From a virus (taxonomy: Duplodnaviria > Caudoviricetes), in the IMG/VR virus record IMGVR_UViG_3300017760_000007, positions 1 to 52,592 of that record: 52,592 bases of DNA; one strand, 5' to 3'. Made by a program: the position numbers and the translations under genes. The notes beneath the pieces were generated by a model, which was not told the DNA's origin, did no database searches, and worked only from the letters and a program-made list of their open reading frames with translations. Shown here in pieces: positions 48,494 to 52,592 of the stretch; the stretch's first letter is position 1; the number at the start of each line of letters is the position of its first letter.

Positions 48494-49845
48494 TACGTTA
48501 GTCCGCCCTTGGTAATCACAATCTGTTGCTTAAAGCTGTCTTCATGAAAGCCATTCACCATCTCGGTAACAATGTATTTACCTGTTCTCTCATGATCAAT
48601 CTCTCTCGTGCCTGTAACAGTATTGCTAATCTTATATAGTTCAAGGTTTATGACTCGCCCAGGATACAACTTAATACGCCCATTAATCTCTAGAGCCATA
48701 GAGTTAACACCAAAGTGATAGTCAACAATAGGCTTAGCCGTATAGTTCTCATAGAAGTGTTGATAAGGCTTTCGCATATTCTGTTGCCCCGTAGACTGCC
48801 CAATCTGTGGAAAGTCTGTAATCAAATAAGACTCAGGCTGTGTAGAGGCAGCCATGTATGTGTCAAGAAAGGTCTGTGTATGCGTTAGCTTGACCTTCGT
48901 AGGCATCTCCTTGTCCTGATACTCTGTTGAGTAATCATAGTCTCGTTGGATTCGGGTCCTCGTTGTCGGATCGAGTTCCGTTATGGTCCTGCGATACATT
49001 CCCTCTTTCATATCACGAAACGTGTCGACCTTTGTGCCGTAACTGAAGTCGTTTACAGACTGTTGGGCAATCTTCTGACCCATTCCTGTGTTGTCTTCCA
49101 ACGTGTTGTAGATAAAATAAAGCGGGTTTTTATCATCCTCTTCTAGGCTCTCAATATCGCCGTATTTTTCGACCAGGTACTCAGGTGTACAAAAATAATA
49201 CTTCTCTCTTGTCTCAAAGAATCTATATAAAGATGTTTTATTCTTACTAGAGTAGGCTCTTCTAGATAAAAATTGCATTGCGGCATCGCCTCGTAGGTTT
49301 GGTATCACGAGAGATTGTTCTCCATCTGTTTCTTCTATGTCAATCTCTTTATCATAGTCTTCATTGCCTGTTAACATGAAGGTATCATAGATATCTCTTG
49401 CAATATCTGATATCTTTGTGTTATTATAGGACTTTCTTATTGATCTTTGATCGCCTTGTAGCTTTGATACTGAGCAGAATCTTACTGTGTACTTCATCAT
49501 TCTATCGTTTGTAGATGATGCGGGACCGATATCTTCGATGGCATATAGAAAAAATTTGTGCGTGGCGCTTTCACCATAGAAATCTGTATAGGTTAGTTCT
49601 ATTTCTTCTTCCCCAATCAACGGAACATTTTCTAATAGATTATCAGATTCATTAATAACAGCAAAGCCCGAGATAAATGGGCTTGACATTGATTCGTTCA
49701 AACCCCATGTTGAGATTGTCTTCGTGAGTTCAACATATTCTGGAAAGGAATTATTCTCGCTATCCGAATTAATGTTCTCGTCTAATAGAGGCTTTACCTT
49801 AAATGATTTAAGAGTATAGAAGCCTGCTTGAGTTGCTTTATCCAT
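48493..49845 (-). CDS. Baseplate hub protein (gp27-like)
   Basis: Lies between gp53 and gp5. ES..SPFISG, PLIGEE.I, YRFFET, L.I.G...LYPGRVINL, TGKYIVT. Confidence 0.7.
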   Translation of the reverse strand: MDKATQAGFYTLKSFKVKPLLDENINSDSENNSFPEYVELTKTISTWGLNESMSSPFISGFAVINESDNLLENVPLIGEEEIELTYTDFYGESATHKFFLYAIEDIGPASSTNDRMMKYTVRFCSVSKLQGDQRSIRKSYNNTKISDIARDIYDTFMLTGNEDYDKEIDIEETDGEQSLVIPNLRGDAAMQFLSRRAYSSKNKTSLYRFFETREKYYFCTPEYLVEKYGDIESLEEDDKNPLYFIYNTLEDNTGMGQKIAQQSVNDFSYGTKVDTFRDMKEGMYRRTITELDPTTRTRIQRDYDYSTEYQDKEMPTKVKLTHTQTFLDTYMAASTQPESYLITDFPQIGQSTGQQNMRKPYQHFYENYTAKPIVDYHFGVNSMALEINGRIKLYPGRVINLELYKISNTVTGTREIDHERTGKYIVTEMVNGFHEDSFKQQIVITKGGLT

Positions 49846-50617
49846 CGGTTAATATCGTCTCAAGTTGATCTTTTAATGTGGAAACATACCCTTTATTCAC
49901 TAATTGTATCTCTCGTTTTGCTTCGTTCTTATTTAATTCATAGTCATATGCACGAACGGCAAAGAATTCACGAGCAGGATTACTTAATGATGAGCCTCGA
50001 ACTGAAATTGTTTCAGCGTCTTCAACGATTGATCCATCAACTGCGGCAGTAAATGTAAGTCCATTTGATGCTACAAATGTACTCGTAAAGGTTAATCCAG
50101 TTAATGTTTCAAGATTTGCGGTAGAAATTGTTGTACCAAGTTCAAGAATGGTATATTCTTTTCCGGCTTCAATCTTATCTCCAGTCGTTGTGGTACTATT
50201 ACCAAGAGCAATAAATGATGCACGATTTAATGTTATTTCGTCATCGACTGCGCTTTTATAATGAATAATATTTGCTGAGATTGTAGCATTCTTTGCCCAA
50301 TCAAGTACTGCTGTGCCTGATGTACCAGACCTTACGGCATACTTATTAATAATACTTGACTCTACTTGATCATTTGTCAAGGGCCATTCACTATAAACAT
50401 CAACAATATCATTTGACATAAGCACTAACCAAGCAAGAGATGGGTCATCGTAATAATTATATGCGATATCTTCTGCTCTTTCGCCGTCTTGTATCGTGTA
50501 TGACATATAATCAAGGGCAGAATCAGATATTACTTTGTTTAATTTAGCTTTGCGTGTGATATCAGCAACAGATTTATTATCATAAATTGTTTGTGGAAAA
50601 TATTTAAAATAACTCAT
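49838..50617 (-). CDS. gp53: Baseplate wedge subunit gp53 with a module-A insertion
   Basis: MSYFKYFP, YTIQDGERAEDIAY.YYDDP.L.WLVL..N.I.D...WP, and YDYELNKNEAKREI. Confidence 0.92.
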   Translation of the reverse strand: MSYFKYFPQTIYDNKSVADITRKAKLNKVISDSALDYMSYTIQDGERAEDIAYNYYDDPSLAWLVLMSNDIVDVYSEWPLTNDQVESSIINKYAVRSGTSGTAVLDWAKNATISANIIHYKSAVDDEITLNRASFIALGNSTTTTGDKIEAGKEYTILELGTTISTANLETLTGLTFTSTFVASNGLTFTAAVDGSIVEDAETISVRGSSLSNPAREFFAVRAYDYELNKNEAKREIQLVNKGYVSTLKDQLETILTDG

Positions 50618-51861
50618 ATTACTTGACTCCCTACTGAACCACGCCTACCACGCCTTAATCGTACATTCTGACCAGGTATTTCACCAGAATCTATTACTGC
50701 GTCTGTGATACCATTCTCATTTAATTCGCTGGCTAATATTGTGGTTGTGGTTGTCGTTCCATCTTGCAATTCTTGCGTGATTTCCACTTCATCTTGCGCT
50801 ACACTATCATGGAAATCTTCTTGTGCGTTGTATGTTTCGTCTACATTTACTGGTGAAGTAGTGTCTCTATCTTCACTATCACCTGTTAATTGTTCGGGTA
50901 CTTCGTCTTGAATTAATTCTGCTTCTACATGGTCATCAGCAGTATGAATATAGGCTTCATTTAATGTCATTGTAAGACGAACAGCATTTGGCTTACCACC
51001 TTTATTGACTGCTAATCCATTAGGAGTGTAGTCAACATTAAATTGTGAGATCATTGATGTCTTAAATTTAAAATAATAATTCTGATCTAGACCCTGAAGA
51101 TAAATATTTACCATCGCAGGATACTTTAATAGACCCTTATCGATTGCTGTCAAACCAAATTCGCTGTTCTCTCCCAATGGATTTTGCGTTGTGGGTAGTA
51201 CCATGCGTTGTATTGTTTGAATAATTTCTTTTAATTGGTCTTGTTCTTGCTCTGTCTCTGGTGATAATAACCACTCAAGTGAATGCACTTTAAGATCAAT
51301 GCCTTTAAATACAAGTGTCGCAAATGGATTTACTGCTGTACCACGACCAACACCAATACCATTAGCAATATCTGCTGAGATTTTAGATAGACCTGCTGTT
51401 GTTAAAAAGCCTGCGGCATCTGTTGTCTTACCAAGACCTTCTTGAAACTTAGTAAAATCTCCTAATACTGCGCTCTTAGCGGCATCATAGGCACCTTCAC
51501 CAACCTGCGCTGTTGCGCCTGCTAAATTTTTAAGTGCAGTTCCCACACCACCTTCACCACCACCGGCTGAGCCAGCAATCTGTGAGGCAATTGATCCAGT
51601 CAATCCGAGTTCATCACCACCAACATTAATCTTAAATGAGTCTTGAATTTGTTTTGGAAGTGGTAATAATACTTCTGCTAGTTTCTGTTCTTTTGATCCC
51701 TTTGCGCCCCCATAGGTATATTGAAAGAATCGCATAAGAGTAGCGTGTGCGCCAAGATTTGCGGGGAATGAAAGTATTTCACTCGACGGGCTTCTCTCAT
51801 TTTTTCTTTGTGCTATGTGTTGTGCGGGACTCACTTTTAGCAGTGCATCTGTTGTAGCCAT
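50614..51861 (-). CDS. gp48: Baseplate tail-tube cap gp48-like
   Basis: LPLPKQIQD, NPF..LVFKG.DL..H..EW.L.P, YP....I, VDYTP.G, P..V.LT.TL.E. Acidic C-terminal extension. Confidence 0.8.
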   Translation of the reverse strand: MATTDALLKVSPAQHIAQRKNERSPSSEILSFPANLGAHATLMRFFQYTYGGAKGSKEQKLAEVLLPLPKQIQDSFKINVGGDELGLTGSIASQIAGSAGGGEGGVGTALKNLAGATAQVGEGAYDAAKSAVLGDFTKFQEGLGKTTDAAGFLTTAGLSKISADIANGIGVGRGTAVNPFATLVFKGIDLKVHSLEWLLSPETEQEQDQLKEIIQTIQRMVLPTTQNPLGENSEFGLTAIDKGLLKYPAMVNIYLQGLDQNYYFKFKTSMISQFNVDYTPNGLAVNKGGKPNAVRLTMTLNEAYIHTADDHVEAELIQDEVPEQLTGDSEDRDTTSPVNVDETYNAQEDFHDSVAQDEVEITQELQDGTTTTTTILASELNENGITDAVIDSGEIPGQNVRLRRGRRGSVGSQVI

Positions 51862-51874
51862 TTTTCTACCTTTA

Positions 51875-51882
51875 TATAAATA
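51875..51882 (+). promoter_or_regulatory. Late promoter for gp4
   Basis: Exact TATAAATA upstream of the ATG at 51926. Confidence 0.75.
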
Positions 51883-51904
51883 AAATAAGTTAGTCTATGA
51901 CAAT

Positions 51905-51912
51905 TATTTATA
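51905..51912 (-). promoter_or_regulatory. Late promoter for the gp48-baseplate operon
   Basis: TATTTATA on the + strand, upstream of the ATG at 51861. Confidence 0.75.
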
Positions 51913-51925
51913 TGAGTTCTATAAG

Positions 51926-52378
51926 ATGGCAAAATATAATCAGGGTAGGTTTAGACCAAGAAACCCGACAAAGTATAAAGGCGACCCAACTAATATAGTA
52001 TATCGTAGTGGTTGGGAATTAAAATTGATGAATTATTTAGATAAGCATCCACACGTTACGTTGTGGAATAGCGAAGAAATAGTCGTGCCATATCGTTCAC
52101 CAATTGATGGTAAGATGCATAGGTATTTTCCAGACTTTTATGTTGAGAAAGTATTTAAGGGTAAAAGAGAGAAGATATTAATCGAAGTCAAGCCGTATGC
52201 ACAGACGAAACCACCTACTGTACAGAATACTAAGAAGAATAAACCTACCAAGCGTTACTTAAATGAAGTCAAGACTTGGGGTACTAACTCAGCTAAGTGG
52301 AATGCGGCGGCTGAGTACTGTAAAGATAGAGGTTGGAAGTTTTCTATTATAACAGAGAATGAATTAGGAATCAAGTGA
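51926..52378 (+). CDS. gp4: Head completion nuclease gp4 (TnsA-like PD-(D/E)xK)
   Basis: GRFRPRNPTKYKGDPTNIVYRSGWE, HRYFPDF, IEVKP, N.AKW.AA, FSIITE. 150 aa. Confidence 0.95.
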   Translation: MAKYNQGRFRPRNPTKYKGDPTNIVYRSGWELKLMNYLDKHPHVTLWNSEEIVVPYRSPIDGKMHRYFPDFYVEKVFKGKREKILIEVKPYAQTKPPTVQNTKKNKPTKRYLNEVKTWGTNSAKWNAAAEYCKDRGWKFSIITENELGIK

Positions 52379-52383
52379 TAGTG

Positions 52384-52391
52384 TATAAATA
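52384..52391 (+). promoter_or_regulatory. Late promoter
   Basis: Exact TATAAATA followed by an AAGGA RBS and the ATG at 52418. Confidence 0.75.
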
Positions 52392-52417
52392 GATAACAAA
52401 CACAAGGAAATTTAACA

Positions 52418-52592
52418 ATGTATGATTATAAATGTAATGTAGTTAAGATAGTAGATGGTGATACTGTAGATGTGGACATCGATCTAGGTTTTGGTATCTG
52501 GATGAGAAACGAAAGAGTTCGTATCATGGGCATCGACACACCTGAATCAAGAACAAGAGATTTAGTAGAGAAGAAGTTTGGTCTAGCCGCAA
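52418..52592 (+). CDS. Thermonuclease/SNase-family nuclease (partial)
   Basis: Not in the ORF track. Manual translation gives MYDYKCNVVKIVDGDTVDVDIDLGFGIWMRNERVRIMGIDTPESRTRDLVEKKFGLAA, with the DGDT and RxxGIDTPE SNase motifs. Confidence 0.88.
   Translation, partial: MYDYKCNVVKIVDGDTVDVDIDLGFGIWMRNERVRIMGIDTPESRTRDLVEKKFGLAA

Noticed and set aside
5590-50173. Module A as an intein, intron or IS/MITE
   Set aside because: No C/S..HN splice residues, frame breaks, terminal inverted repeats or target duplications were seen. Conservation is at the protein level.
1-52592. CRISPR arrays, tRNA/rRNA genes, integrases, Rho-independent terminators
   Set aside because: None were recognised by eye; intergenic gaps are very short and AT-rich. 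A covariance-model search was not possible.

Overview
This window is the tail, baseplate and neck region of a large T4-like myophage. It is AT-rich and carries T4-type TATAAATA late promoters; the gene content resembles environmental/marine T4-likes, but the host cannot be determined. From the right end: a partial SNase-family nuclease and gp4 on the + strand. A long, mostly tightly coupled minus-strand operon follows: gp48, gp53, hub, a 28-aa peptide, lysozyme-less gp5, a coiled-coil/M15 peptidase, gp25, gp6, gp7, a YHYH-family protein, gp8, VrlC/DUF4815, a small coiled-coil protein, a gp10-like fibre, a beta-helix tailspike, two giant paralogues, an LRR protein and a virion protein. Next is an oppositely oriented four-gene cassette (jelly-roll, cadherin fibre, SH3-like, 1070-aa virion protein), then gp13 and the start of gp14. 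The most striking signal is a set of small protein modules inserted in-frame across the virion proteome. A ~40-aa module (GxxYxIxxxG..W..G..GxxFxA) occurs about 16 times in 9 genes, including core gp53, gp7, gp8 and VrlC, and is sometimes nested inside itself or around a second module. Other oddities are a YHYH protein whose histidines have become arginines (YRYR), phycobiliprotein-like KCxRD repeats, plant-type LRRs in a probable virion protein, and an unannotated doubly coupled membrane peptide. All family calls come from motif recognition by eye; no database searches were run.
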